Shown: one piece after another, positions 30,962-41,644 of the stretch
How the letters are laid out: each line of letters begins with the position of its first letter
How positions within the stretch are numbered: position 1 is the first letter of the stretch
Assembly: GCA_044376115.1 (NCBI GenBank)
Contig: JBILLK010000010.1
Coordinates: 288,488 to 352,487 of the forward strand
Source of the DNA: Polyangiaceae bacterium
GTDB taxonomy: Bacteria; Myxococcota_A; Polyangia; Polyangiales; Polyangiaceae
Length of the DNA stretch: 64,000 bases
Direction: 5' to 3'
The notes under the pieces: generated by a model
What the model was told of the DNA's origin: nothing
What the model saw: only the letters and a program-made list of their open reading frames with translations
The model's database searches: none
Translations under genes and position numbers: made by a program

Positions 30962-31810
30962 CTACGACTCGGTCAGCAGCGCCCGCAAGCGCTCGATGGC
31001 GATGTCGTAGTGCTTGGTGCAGTAGTCGCAGTCGATCTCTAGCCCTTCACCGTCATCCACCATCTCCTGCAGGTCCTGTCGGCTCAGGGTGGCCAAGGCC
31101 CCCAGCACCAGCGTCTCGTCGCAACGACAGTGAAAGCGCAGCGCCTGACGCCCAAGCGGCGTGGAGGGCATGCCGAAGAGCAGCTCATCGATCAGCATCT
31201 GCGCCGAAAATTCGGGCTCCGAGAGGTACTTCTCGAGCGGAGGGAAGTCCTCCAAGCGTTGCGTCATGATCATGTGCTGCGGCCGATCCACCTCGGGCAG
31301 CAGTTGCACGATGAAGCCGCCTGCTTGCAGCAGCTCATCCCCGTTGAAGATCGAACCCACGCGCGCCACGCTGACGAGCTGCTCGGACTCGGCCAGGTAT
31401 TGCGTCAGCGCCTCGGCAACACCCCCCGCTGTGCCGACGTCGACGATGCCCTGCTGCAAGCTACCGTTGGCCAAGCTGCGCATCATCTTGAGCTGAGCGC
31501 CCGGGCCCATCGAGAAGGCGCCGCGATCTCCTTTGACCTGCGCGAGCCCGCGCACCCCGCCATCGGGGAAGGAGTCTCCCACCAACTGACCGTGCCCGCC
31601 GGCCCCGCGAAGCAGCCCTTGCACGCGGATGTCGGGCGCCATGGTTTCACGGAGCAAGACCGCCGCCGTAACCAAATCCGAGAGGCCGCGCGCGAGCTCT
31701 CCGGTGACCTTCTGCCGCGCCAACACCTCGCGCACGCTATCCGTGGTGCACGCGGCGATCACGCGGAAGCCGTGATCATTCGTCATCGATCGCAGCGAAA
31801 GATCCGTCAC
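30962..31810 (-). CDS. hslO: Hsp33 redox-regulated chaperone
   Basis: YLAESEQ, AGGFIVQLLP, CRC...CDYC zinc motif. Confidence 0.92.
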   Translation of the reverse strand: MTDLSLRSMTNDHGFRVIAACTTDSVREVLARQKVTGELARGLSDLVTAAVLLRETMAPDIRVQGLLRGAGGHGQLVGDSFPDGGVRGLAQVKGDRGAFSMGPGAQLKMMRSLANGSLQQGIVDVGTAGGVAEALTQYLAESEQLVSVARVGSIFNGDELLQAGGFIVQLLPEVDRPQHMIMTQRLEDFPPLEKYLSEPEFSAQMLIDELLFGMPSTPLGRQALRFHCRCDETLVLGALATLSRQDLQEMVDDGEGLEIDCDYCTKHYDIAIERLRALLTES

Positions 31811-32916
31811 GAGCTTGCTCCGAAAGTGACCATGCCTCGTTCAATGTCGGCGATACGTTTGCACCCAGCTAAGGCCATCACTCGCGAAAGATCTTCCGTC
31901 AAAAGGTTGAGCACGTTCTCGACTCCAGCTTGCCCCTCCGCCGCCAACCCCCAAAGGATGGGCCGGCCGAGCAGCACCGCACGGGCGCCTAGCGCCAGCG
32001 CTTTGAACACGTCGTCGCCGCTTCGAATGCCGCCGTCTACAAAAACCTCCAGCCGGTTGCCGACTGCGTCGGCGATGCCGGGCAACGCCTCGATGGTTGA
32101 AGGCGCTGAGTCGAGCTGGCGCCCTCCATGGTTGGAGACGATGATGCCCGCAACGCCAGCGTCTGCGGCGCGCACGGCGTCATCTACGCGGACGATGCCT
32201 TTGAGGATGATCGGCAAATGCGAAAGTGAGCGCAACCAGGCCAGATCCGCCCAGGTGAAGGCTGCGTCGTGGCGATTGGCGACGTAGTGCGAGAGGGCGC
32301 TGGCGTCTTCCTCTTGCTCGACCAAGGCCGAGGTGAGGTTGGCCATCTCGAGGCCGGGCGGCAGCGCGAAGCCGTTGCGTTCGTCACGCAGACGCCGACC
32401 TAGCAGCGGCGTGTCCACCGTGACCACCAGCGCGTCATAGCCAGACTCCTCTGCGCGGGCGACGAGCGACTGCGTGAAGATGCGGTCTTTGTGGACGTAC
32501 AACTGAAACCACTTCGGCGCTTGGGAGGCCTCAGCGATGTGCTCGAGCGAGGTCGTCGAGAGCGTCGACGCGACATAGATCGTCCCGCTGTTCTGCGCGG
32601 CTCGAGCCGTAGCCAACTCGCCCTCGGGGCAAGCCAGTTTGTGATAGGCGGTGGGCGCGATCAGGATCGGACTGGTCACTGGGAAGCCGAGCACCTTGGT
32701 CGAGAGGTCGCGGTTCTCGACATCGACGAGCACGCGGTACCAAATCACCAGCCGCTCAAAAGCCTCCTCGTTGCGCGACAAGGCGCGCTCCGACTCAGCG
32801 CCGGAGCGGTAGTAATCGTAGGCGACCTTCGACAGCTTCTGCTTTGCAGCTCGCTGGTAGTCCTTGACGGTGAGCAGCTTGGCTTTGCTCTTGGGAGCCT
32901 TCTTCTTGGGGTGCAC
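31807..32916 (-). CDS. FMN-dependent alpha-hydroxy-acid oxidase/dehydrogenase
   Basis: IAPTA, WFQLY, SNHGGRQLD, DGGIRSG.D.FKALALGA. Confidence 0.93.
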   Translation of the reverse strand: MHPKKKAPKSKAKLLTVKDYQRAAKQKLSKVAYDYYRSGAESERALSRNEEAFERLVIWYRVLVDVENRDLSTKVLGFPVTSPILIAPTAYHKLACPEGELATARAAQNSGTIYVASTLSTTSLEHIAEASQAPKWFQLYVHKDRIFTQSLVARAEESGYDALVVTVDTPLLGRRLRDERNGFALPPGLEMANLTSALVEQEEDASALSHYVANRHDAAFTWADLAWLRSLSHLPIILKGIVRVDDAVRAADAGVAGIIVSNHGGRQLDSAPSTIEALPGIADAVGNRLEVFVDGGIRSGDDVFKALALGARAVLLGRPILWGLAAEGQAGVENVLNLLTEDLSRVMALAGCKRIADIERGMVTFGASS

Positions 32917-32973
32917 CGCGCGGCAGTGTATCAGGCTGCGCGCGCGGCGGCAGTCGGCTGCGTGCAGCCGAGT

Positions 32974-35900
32974 TTAGAGAGCCTCTTGCCCTTTGATCAG
33001 CTTGGGTGCGCCAAAGGTGGTGCCATTCCAAGGAACTTCCACACGCTCACCGCTGTTGGGCAGGGTGACCTCGGTGGAAACGGCCTTCCCCTGCACGAGC
33101 GCGGTCACCCGTACGACGTAAGGTTCGACCGGCGGGAGCTCTTTGTCTTTGCTCAGCACCACGAACACATCGCCCACCTTGTTCGGCTCGACGCGCAAAG
33201 CGATCAAGCCGACGCGACCGAGCAAGGCCTCGGGCGCAACGAACTCTCGCGCCTTTTCAGCGCCGCGTTCCATCCACGTTCGCGGTGCAGCGCGTCCCGC
33301 GGGCGGCTCCACCAGCAGCGGCACCCCAGCCGGGAGCTGAACCATCTCCGCGAGGGTGCGCTCGAGCCCAGCGCGTTCGTCGCTGGAGGTCTTCTCGGCG
33401 GCGATCGTCCTACGAACGAGCACCGCCGCAAAACGCTCGGCCAACAAGCCGACCTCGGCCTGGCCGTCCCGACCGCCGGTGCGACCAACGGCAGCCAGGC
33501 CGCGCAACGCCACGTCGATGCGACCTGCACCAGCATGCGCGAGGGCCAGACGGATCTCGGCGGAGCCGTCGCCGGGAGCCAACGCCAGCAGGCCCTCGTA
33601 GGCGAAGGTCGCGTCGTCGTACCAACCTTCGGCGCGCAGTTTGTCCCCGACGAAGGCGAGCGCCCACGGATCCTCGGTGGAGCGCTCGGCGATTTCACCG
33701 TAAGCGCGTTTGGCTGCGACCTCATCCCCCGAGAGCCGCAAGAGGTGAGCGGCGTGCGCGATCAGCCCAGCGTCGGCGAAGGGATCCACGCGCAGCTTGT
33801 TGATTTCCTCCACCAGCTCGGCTTTGCGACCGGTCGACAAGAGCAGGCTCAAGAACAGCTCTCGCAAGCGTCGGTCATGGGGCGCAAGCACGCTGAAGGT
33901 GTTGATGATGCTGAGCCGCTCGGCGTCGTCTTTGGCTTTGTTGTAGCGCTCGAGGAAGGCGGCCATCGGCAACCGCTCTTGGAACAAGAGCCGCTTGCGC
34001 AGCTCGCGCAGCTCAGCAGGCGAGCTGCGTTTGATGGCCTCTTTGCGCAAGAACGAGGCTGCCTCGTCTTCGGCGATATCGCTCAGCTTCTGGGCCAGGT
34101 CGAGCGCCTCGAGGCTGGCCGAACCACGGCGCGAGAACCATGAGAGCGTGAGCTCGAGCAGAGCGCGTTTGGCTGTCCAGGACTCGAGCTCACAGCCGCG
34201 CTTGGCCTCGAGATAGGCTGCATACGCTTCGGTTCGGTCCAGCCGTTCACGCCACACGCCGCGCCGCAAAGGCACCGAGAGCGTGGAGGTTGGCGAACAC
34301 TTTTTGCCGCGCAAACTCTCGGTGAGCGGCCAAACGATGGTGTGTTGCACGGTCACCGAGAGCTTGGCGAAGACCTTGGGATAGGAGAGGTTCTCGACCA
34401 CGGTGGTCAGACAACGTGCGAGCGCGTCATCCCCAGCGTTCTGAATCACGATGTCGCTCGGATGACCGTCGCCATCCATCTTGAGTTGGATCGCCACCGA
34501 GGGCGGCAAATCCGGCCGCAGAGCCACGCGCGAATCGCGACACGCCTTCATCTGACCGCGCGCCTCTTGCAGCGTGCGAATGGTGGCGAAGTTGACGGCG
34601 ATCTCCAGCGACGGCTCGCCCCAAACCGAAGCCGCGTCTTCGTCACTGCTGAACGAACGGAACTCCATGTTCTTGTCGGAGAGCGACACGGCGAACGGCG
34701 AACCGGACACACCGAGATCGAGCACACGGGTCTCGAGCGGCGTGGCCATCGACTCGGCGATGCCATCGGTGCTGAATAGCGTCCACGGCGTGAGCAACTT
34801 GGCCTTGAGCGCCGACTCGGTCACCGCCTCACGGCCTTTGCCGGAGAGCGCGATCGAGCTTGCACGAGCCTCGGCCCAACGTCGATCCAGATCTCCGCGA
34901 TCGTCGATCTCGAACAGCTCGATCGCGCGCTTCTCGCTCACGGTCTTTTCGCCCTGGCGGTAGCTGAGTTCGAACGACTTGGGCGTCTCGCCGACCAACT
35001 TACCGACCAGCGAAATGGTGCTGCCTTGTGCGACCGCGGCCTCGTTGCGCGGGTAGCTGCGAGCCACCGCCGGACCAAGCTTGGCCTCCACGCCGGTGAC
35101 GGTGGGCACGATCGCTTTGCCGAGCAGATCGACCGAGGCGCGCGCGCCTTCGTCCGAATCGGCGATCTCGGTGAGGAAGCCGGAGCCGCGCGTAAGGTCG
35201 GCGAACAAGCGACGATTGCCGCTCGGTCCAACCAACACGGCGCCGAGCCGCGGACTGCCCGCCTTGCGACGCGAAAGCCGAGCTGCGATCGCCTCCGACG
35301 TACGATCACCCACGCTCGGGAAACCGTCTCCGACGTAAACCACCATGCCGCTCGGTGCGTCCTTGGGCAGACGATTGGCGGCGGCCTCGAGCGCGCGCCC
35401 TACATCGGTTGCGCCCGCGGGGTTGAGCGCGGCCAGCCCATCGCTGATCGCCTTCTTGCGCGCGGCGTCGGCGAAGCCGATTTCGGCCGGGCCGATCGCG
35501 CGGGTCTCGCTGTCGGCGGCGAGCACGATCACGCGATCTTTGGGACCGAGACTGCCGAGTAGCGCCTCGACGAAGGCGCGCCCTGCGGCGAGCAGAGAAG
35601 GATCGACGCTGGCGGAGGTATCCACCACCAGCGCGAGCGAGACGCCTTCTTCCGTCGTGCCTTCGAGTCGAGGCGCCTCGGTTCGAAGAAACACGGTGGT
35701 CTCTTGATCGTCGGGCGCACCGTCAACCACGTAGGCGCGCGCTTTCGCCAAAGGCCGCGGGATCTCGATGTCGACCACGAAGTCGGCGGAGGCGCGGAAG
35801 TCGCTGCGTTTGAGCACCACTTTGCTCTCGTCCACCGCCGCTCCCATACCGGCCGCGACGCGCGTCGCCTCGGATGGCCCTGCGTCGACCACGATCGTGA

Positions 35901-37017
35901 AGTCGCCGATTAGCGGTGAGGCCTCTTCACCAACCAGCGGATAGCGATATTGAACCTGGTGCGATTGATCGCCCGGTCGAACGCGCAGCCATTCGACATA
36001 GCTGACCTCCACCGTCACCAGCTGCCCTGGCGCGATGCGGCTGATGGTACCGCGCAGCCAGCCCTCGCCGGCCCACTCCAAGAGATCGGCCGAAGCGGTG
36101 CGGCTCTTCTCGAAATCGAGCGCCTGCGCGCGATGAGCGAGCACCAAGCGACCGGCTTTCCACGTGTCGCCGCGCTTGGTTCGAAAGCCGGACACGAGCG
36201 CGCCCTCCGGAATACCGGTGCGATAGTCGCCGAGCACCTCGACGCTGCCGGCGTTGAAGAAGGTGGTTCGAACCACGGTGGTAGCCATCTCGCCGAAGAC
36301 GCTGGCTTGTACCTCCTGGCTACGAATGGTCAGCGGCGAGCCGACCTCTCCGGGCGCTGTGCGCCCCCAAATTTCCCCCACGGTGCGACGCAAAGCGCCG
36401 TTGGCAGACCAGGGCGCTGCCAGCCCCGCCGTCCAATCCTCGAAGCCGCGCTCCGGCCTGACCTCGAGCTTCTCATCGAAGTCCACCGAATCCCCGGTGG
36501 TGACCGCGGTCTCTTTGCCCGACTTGCGCGCCGTCACTTCACCGCTACCAACGTAGGCGGTGGTCTTCTTGCGACGCTCGACGAACAACGTGCTGCCGAC
36601 CGCGGTGATCGAGCCGAGCTCCAGGTCCACCAACGTCGGCAACGTCTTCGCCTCGACGAACACGCGGCCCGATAACACCTTGAAGCCGTCTTTCGTCAGC
36701 TCGATCTTGGTGCTGCCATCGAGCACCACCGAGGTGCCGTTGTCGAGACGGAGCCGCGCGCGTCCGCCTTCATCGGTCTCGATCGGATCGCCCACCGCGA
36801 GCCGAGAGAGAGCGCGCACCTCGTTACCCGCGGCCGTCACCCGCGAGTGAATCGGCTGCAGATCCGCCACCGTTACCACCATGCGCGTCTCGAGCGGCGG
36901 CTTCGGTTTGGGACGGAACACGATCACCACGGCGCCCAGGCCAAGGATGGTCAAGATGATGAAGAGCAGGCCCCACGGGCGTTTGCCGCGAGCCACGAGC
37001 GGGTCTTCGAAGCTCAT
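32974..37017 (-). CDS. FecR-VIT-vWA-(AgmX/PglI C-terminal-like)-TPR protein, N-terminal TM
   Basis: GRARLRLDNGTSVVLD (FecR), TTFFN (VIT), VVDTSAS MIDAS, GDGFPSVG, ACR...ARCL module, TPR-like helices. Confidence 0.8.
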   Translation of the reverse strand: MSFEDPLVARGKRPWGLLFIILTILGLGAVVIVFRPKPKPPLETRMVVTVADLQPIHSRVTAAGNEVRALSRLAVGDPIETDEGGRARLRLDNGTSVVLDGSTKIELTKDGFKVLSGRVFVEAKTLPTLVDLELGSITAVGSTLFVERRKKTTAYVGSGEVTARKSGKETAVTTGDSVDFDEKLEVRPERGFEDWTAGLAAPWSANGALRRTVGEIWGRTAPGEVGSPLTIRSQEVQASVFGEMATTVVRTTFFNAGSVEVLGDYRTGIPEGALVSGFRTKRGDTWKAGRLVLAHRAQALDFEKSRTASADLLEWAGEGWLRGTISRIAPGQLVTVEVSYVEWLRVRPGDQSHQVQYRYPLVGEEASPLIGDFTIVVDAGPSEATRVAAGMGAAVDESKVVLKRSDFRASADFVVDIEIPRPLAKARAYVVDGAPDDQETTVFLRTEAPRLEGTTEEGVSLALVVDTSASVDPSLLAAGRAFVEALLGSLGPKDRVIVLAADSETRAIGPAEIGFADAARKKAISDGLAALNPAGATDVGRALEAAANRLPKDAPSGMVVYVGDGFPSVGDRTSEAIAARLSRRKAGSPRLGAVLVGPSGNRRLFADLTRGSGFLTEIADSDEGARASVDLLGKAIVPTVTGVEAKLGPAVARSYPRNEAAVAQGSTISLVGKLVGETPKSFELSYRQGEKTVSEKRAIELFEIDDRGDLDRRWAEARASSIALSGKGREAVTESALKAKLLTPWTLFSTDGIAESMATPLETRVLDLGVSGSPFAVSLSDKNMEFRSFSSDEDAASVWGEPSLEIAVNFATIRTLQEARGQMKACRDSRVALRPDLPPSVAIQLKMDGDGHPSDIVIQNAGDDALARCLTTVVENLSYPKVFAKLSVTVQHTIVWPLTESLRGKKCSPTSTLSVPLRRGVWRERLDRTEAYAAYLEAKRGCELESWTAKRALLELTLSWFSRRGSASLEALDLAQKLSDIAEDEAASFLRKEAIKRSSPAELRELRKRLLFQERLPMAAFLERYNKAKDDAERLSIINTFSVLAPHDRRLRELFLSLLLSTGRKAELVEEINKLRVDPFADAGLIAHAAHLLRLSGDEVAAKRAYGEIAERSTEDPWALAFVGDKLRAEGWYDDATFAYEGLLALAPGDGSAEIRLALAHAGAGRIDVALRGLAAVGRTGGRDGQAEVGLLAERFAAVLVRRTIAAEKTSSDERAGLERTLAEMVQLPAGVPLLVEPPAGRAAPRTWMERGAEKAREFVAPEALLGRVGLIALRVEPNKVGDVFVVLSKDKELPPVEPYVVRVTALVQGKAVSTEVTLPNSGERVEVPWNGTTFGAPKLIKGQEAL

Positions 37018-40000
37018 TGGCCCACCTCCACGGTCCCGCCAGCGAGCTTGAAGCGCTGCGTCGCGGGGCCTTCTTTCTTGAAGCTGATTTCGTTGACGGT
37101 GATCGTCTCGGCGTCGGTGCCTTCGGCGAAGATGGTGGTCAGCGTGGCTTTGGCGCCGAGGCGCGCCGCCTTCGCGAGCTCTGCGGCCTCGAGCCGCACC
37201 TCTACCGCGCCTTGGCCCGAGAGCACCGCCTGCGTCAGACCGAGGCTGATATCGCCTTCGATCGCCGGGGTCATCGTCCCGAGCGCGTTGGTGAAGAGGC
37301 TGGGATGAAGCTCCGGGTGGGACCAGGAGAGCACCACGCGCACGCGGCCTTCGGTCTTGGTGTTGCCGAGCAACTTGCCGGTGCGCGCAAGCAGCGTCTT
37401 GAGTTCGTCGTTGCGACCCGCCTTCTTCGCCTCGAAGCGACCCCAGGCGAGGAAGAGCCCAGCGAAGGCGCGCGCAGTCGCGTGCGGCCCTTGCGAAACA
37501 TCGGGGGCGCCGGCCTTCTGGCCCTTCTCGGTCCAGCGCACAGCCTCCTCCAGCTTGCCCAGCCCATTTTGCGAGAGCGCCATCAACACAGCGACCGTCG
37601 GTTCGTCGGGCACCAGGCGCGCGAGCGTCTCGTATTGCCGCGTAGCTTCAGCGTAGTAGCCGTGCGCGCGGTAGAGATCGCCGAGCCGACGTCGGGCCAC
37701 CGGATCATCCGCTGCGAACTCGACGATCTCCCCGAAGGCGCGCCGAGCCTCCGCTTCATCATCGTTAAGCTCGTCCTTCGCTGCGCGCTTGGCCAGCCGT
37801 AGATGCAGCTCACCCACCGCGGTGCGCAGCCGAGCGTCAGCGTCGCTGCGTTTGCGCAGATCACGAGCGAGCGCGCGCGCGGAGGAGAACTCCTCGGCGT
37901 CCTCGAAGGCCTCCAGGAGGAGCAACAATAGCGCCGTATCGTCGGGGAACTTGGCGGCGAGCAAGCGCAGCTTGTTCGCTCGGTCTTTGGCGTCTTTGGC
38001 CTCGGCGATCGTCTTTTCGAGCGTGAGCGGGTCCACCGTGAGCACACCCAACGCTTGATTCAACTGACGCACCTGCTCGCTCGTGGTGATGCGCGCGAGG
38101 ATGCCGCGGTACACCACGTCGGCCGAGGGCACGTCTTTGGCGAGCAGCCGATATAGCGCTACGCGCCCCTGTACCGTGGGCAAAAAATCGAGCGACATCA
38201 GCAAGAGCGCACGTCGCTCACGCATCGTCGGCGCTTCACACAGCGCCTGCGCTTGCTTGAAGACGTGAAGCACCGCCTCGGGACGCGCGCCGGTGCCTGC
38301 GAGCCGCTCACGCCACAGCGCTTTGCGCTCCTCGAACGCGAGCTTGGAGCCATCCCCGCAAAGCCGAACCAAACGCCCCGGATCGTCGATGAGGACCACG
38401 TGCTGATGCCTGCGACCGTCTCCCCAAGGGTCGTTCTGGTCGAGTAAACCGATCATGCCGAATTCACGGCTCTCGTCACGCAAAGAAGCTTCTGTGACCG
38501 TGGACCTGGCGAGGTAGCCGTCCTTGTTCGGCGGAGAGCTCGACATTTGATGAGCGGCGGTAACGCGTGAACCGCCTTGCCCGATGCCATTGCCAGCCAT
38601 CGGCGCTTCCATCGGCTTCTCTTCCAACTTGTCGCTGACCGTCGGCTTGGCCACTGGCGCGCCGGGCGGAGGCGGAGGCGCCGCTGCCGTTGCTGCGGAT
38701 TGGGGCATGCCTTTGGGCGCATTGGGCTCATTGATCTCGATACCGTCGGCTTCCGCATTGGCACGTCGACCACTGCCGCTGCCGCCTTCCTTGCGCTCGT
38801 TGTCGAGGTCGCCCGTACCGTCGCTCGGCCCCTCAACGCCAAACATCCGACCGCCAGCCGGTGCCGCCGAGGCTGCAGCGGTGGCGGCAGGAGCAGCGGC
38901 AGCAGGAGCGGCGCTGTCCCCTTTGAGCCCGCGACCCATGCTGCCTTCCTCGCCTTTGGCCCGGCGGTCCGCGTCGCTCGCCTTCTTCGCTTCCTGGAGG
39001 TCGTCGCGGCCTTCCGCTTCATCGAGCTTGAGCGCTTTGCGCGGGCGCTCGCGCCGATCGATCGAACGCTTCTGCTCCGACGTCATCTCGCTCGAGGTCG
39101 GCACGTAGATGCTGGTGACCGGCGTGATGATGCCTTGCCGCACCCCGAGATCCACCAGCGCAGCTTGCCCAGCGGCCGTCTCGATCAACTCGGAGAGTCG
39201 GCCCATCGCCCAACGACGTCGCAGGTCCCCTTGGTCTTCCAGCGTCTGCACCTTGATCGGCAAGGTGGTCGTCTTGAGCGCGGTGGTGAGCGTCACTTCG
39301 CTCGGCGATTCCCCGGTGATGCGGCCCACTACGAACACGCTCTCGCCTTCGGTCACAGCGCCGAGATCCCGCGGGTAGACGCGCTCGACGTTGGCGCCCA
39401 AGTTCACGCTCGCGCCGAGCGCCACGCTGCGTTCGGCGCGCTCGAGCACGCGCAACGCCGTGCGCGCTGCCGTCTCTTCATCGGTCACGCGAGCGGCAAA
39501 ACCACCGGTCGAGAGGCCGGCGAGCGTGCCCAAGTTGGCCGCATCGCCCATGCCGAGACCGAACGTACGCACCGCGCGCGGAGCCTTCTTCAAACGGTCG
39601 CGAAGCGACGTGAGGTCCACCTCACCCACCGTTGCTGAGCCGTCTCCGAGGTAGACGATCGCGCTGCGACGCTTGTCCCCGACCTTGCTCGCCGCCTGCG
39701 CCAACATCGCCGCGAGATCGGTCGCGCCGCCCACCTCGACCTTGGCCAGCCCTTCGATCATCGCGCGGCGACTGGCCGCATCCACCTTCGTCAGCTCGGC
39801 GCTCTCTGCAACAGGTCGCACGCGATCATCGCCTGCGAGCACCAACGCGCGGTCATTCTCGCCGAGGTGCGTCAGCAGCGCGCGCGTCGTCGCTCGCGCC
39901 ATGCGCAACATCGAGGCATCGGTCGCGGCCGACGTATCCACCACGATCACGACATCCAGCCCCGACTCTTCCGGCGCCCAATCTTGGGAGCGAATCGGCA

Positions 40001-41480
40001 CCAGCAGATAGTCCGCTTCGCCTTGACCGTTCCGGCGCGCGTCGGCGGCCTCCGCTGGGCCGAGCACCACCTTATCCACGCTGTGGGTCGCGCGCACGGC
40101 GTGCGCCTGCTTCATGCCCTCGTCATAGAGCTCCAGCGCGAAGTCAGCGCGCGGGATCAGATCGTGTTTACGAACCACGATCGTCTCGCCGGCTTTGACT
40201 GCGCCGTCCCCGCTCTTGACCGACTTGGCGCCCGCGCGCGAGAGGTCCACCTCGATCGAAAGATCCTCGATCGTCGGCGCGGCCTCGAGCGCGCCCTCGA
40301 AGGCCATCGGGTAGGTGTAAAGCCTGCGTTCGCCCTCGGCTCCCGAGCGAGCCAACCATTCGGTGTATTGCACCACCACGCGGCGCGTTGCACCCGGGCC
40401 GATCGGGTAGAGGCGCGCTTCGTATTCGCCGGGAGCGCGGTAAGCCAAGAGCGCCGGGTCTTCCTTGGAGCCTTGGTAAACGTTGGACTGATACTGCGCC
40501 TCAGCGCTCTTCTTCTCCTTCACGTAGCCGTACAAGATGCCGCCGTCGCGATCGACGCCGAAGCGCTCGAGCACGGCGTTCTCCGGCGTGCGGAAGAAGT
40601 AGAGGCCCTCCACCGTGGTGGACTGCGGATTGAAGAAGACTTGGTCCACCTCGGTGATCGCCAAATCACCCACTACGCGGACGCGCACATCCAAACGTTG
40701 AATGGTCAGCGCCATCCAAGGAGAGCCGCTGCTCCCCGGCGTACGAGCGCCCACGGTGCCTACCCCAAACGGCGGAGGCGCCGCCGCCGGATCGGTGGTC
40801 GCAAGCCCGCCCGTCCAATCTTCCCAGCTCACGGTTGGCACCACGCTGGCCGACTCGGGAGCCTTCGGGTCCACCTTGAGCGACTCACCGGCTCGAGCCA
40901 CAGCCGCGCCCACGCGAACTTCACCCGCGAGCACGTAGGCCTCGGTCTTTGCAGCGCTCGTCTCGATGCTGGCCTTCACGCTGGCGAGCGTCAGATCCAA
41001 CCCGCCGACGCGCACCGTCTCACTGATGCCTTCGGGCACCTCGACGAACATCTTGCCGTCGGCGATCGAAAGCAGCCCGCCATCCAGCGTCAGCGTGCCC
41101 GGCCCTTTGAGCAGCACGCGCGCGCCGCCATCCCGCCGAACCCAGGCCAAGCTGCCGGCCTCCAACTTCACCAGCGCGCCCTCGCCGATGCGCTCGACAA
41201 CGAACGGCGTGCGCGAAGCCTCCCCGCGATGCTCCACCGTCACTCCGCGCCGGACCACGCGCAGCTCCGCGGTCGTTTCCGCGCTGGGCGGTAACTTCTG
41301 TCCCTTCGGCGGCTCGTGACAGCCGAACGCTAGCGACAATACAAACAGCAGAAGGCCGACCAGGCGCGCATCCACCCGCGGTCTGAACGACCGGCCAGCG
41401 GCCTTAGCGGAACGATGGGATCGACGAACGTCGCAACCACGGGAACGATTACGTTCCCGCGAGGGGGCAAACAGGGCCAT
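37014..41480 (-). CDS. FecR-VIT-vWA-TPR lipoprotein
   Basis: LAFGC lipobox, EVDQVFFNP (VIT), VVDTSAA, GDGSATVG, TPR-like helices, VRVVLSW; GGAG before ATG 41480, alternative GTG 41375. Confidence 0.8.
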   Translation of the reverse strand: MALFAPSRERNRSRGCDVRRSHRSAKAAGRSFRPRVDARLVGLLLFVLSLAFGCHEPPKGQKLPPSAETTAELRVVRRGVTVEHRGEASRTPFVVERIGEGALVKLEAGSLAWVRRDGGARVLLKGPGTLTLDGGLLSIADGKMFVEVPEGISETVRVGGLDLTLASVKASIETSAAKTEAYVLAGEVRVGAAVARAGESLKVDPKAPESASVVPTVSWEDWTGGLATTDPAAAPPPFGVGTVGARTPGSSGSPWMALTIQRLDVRVRVVGDLAITEVDQVFFNPQSTTVEGLYFFRTPENAVLERFGVDRDGGILYGYVKEKKSAEAQYQSNVYQGSKEDPALLAYRAPGEYEARLYPIGPGATRRVVVQYTEWLARSGAEGERRLYTYPMAFEGALEAAPTIEDLSIEVDLSRAGAKSVKSGDGAVKAGETIVVRKHDLIPRADFALELYDEGMKQAHAVRATHSVDKVVLGPAEAADARRNGQGEADYLLVPIRSQDWAPEESGLDVVIVVDTSAATDASMLRMARATTRALLTHLGENDRALVLAGDDRVRPVAESAELTKVDAASRRAMIEGLAKVEVGGATDLAAMLAQAASKVGDKRRSAIVYLGDGSATVGEVDLTSLRDRLKKAPRAVRTFGLGMGDAANLGTLAGLSTGGFAARVTDEETAARTALRVLERAERSVALGASVNLGANVERVYPRDLGAVTEGESVFVVGRITGESPSEVTLTTALKTTTLPIKVQTLEDQGDLRRRWAMGRLSELIETAAGQAALVDLGVRQGIITPVTSIYVPTSSEMTSEQKRSIDRRERPRKALKLDEAEGRDDLQEAKKASDADRRAKGEEGSMGRGLKGDSAAPAAAAPAATAAASAAPAGGRMFGVEGPSDGTGDLDNERKEGGSGSGRRANAEADGIEINEPNAPKGMPQSAATAAAPPPPPGAPVAKPTVSDKLEEKPMEAPMAGNGIGQGGSRVTAAHQMSSSPPNKDGYLARSTVTEASLRDESREFGMIGLLDQNDPWGDGRRHQHVVLIDDPGRLVRLCGDGSKLAFEERKALWRERLAGTGARPEAVLHVFKQAQALCEAPTMRERRALLLMSLDFLPTVQGRVALYRLLAKDVPSADVVYRGILARITTSEQVRQLNQALGVLTVDPLTLEKTIAEAKDAKDRANKLRLLAAKFPDDTALLLLLLEAFEDAEEFSSARALARDLRKRSDADARLRTAVGELHLRLAKRAAKDELNDDEAEARRAFGEIVEFAADDPVARRRLGDLYRAHGYYAEATRQYETLARLVPDEPTVAVLMALSQNGLGKLEEAVRWTEKGQKAGAPDVSQGPHATARAFAGLFLAWGRFEAKKAGRNDELKTLLARTGKLLGNTKTEGRVRVVLSWSHPELHPSLFTNALGTMTPAIEGDISLGLTQAVLSGQGAVEVRLEAAELAKAARLGAKATLTTIFAEGTDAETITVNEISFKKEGPATQRFKLAGGTVEVGQ

Positions 41481-41644
41481 GGACTCTCCAGGTGGAGGAA
41501 CGGTGATCAGCAGAGACGCCCAAGAACCTCAAAAGTTCTCGACGGCCCCCCTTTTCAACGTCTCCGCCGGCATCAGACCCCCGTTCTCGCCCCACTGTCG
41601 AGCCCCACCAACGAAAAATGACCCGAGCGGCCTACACTGCGCGC

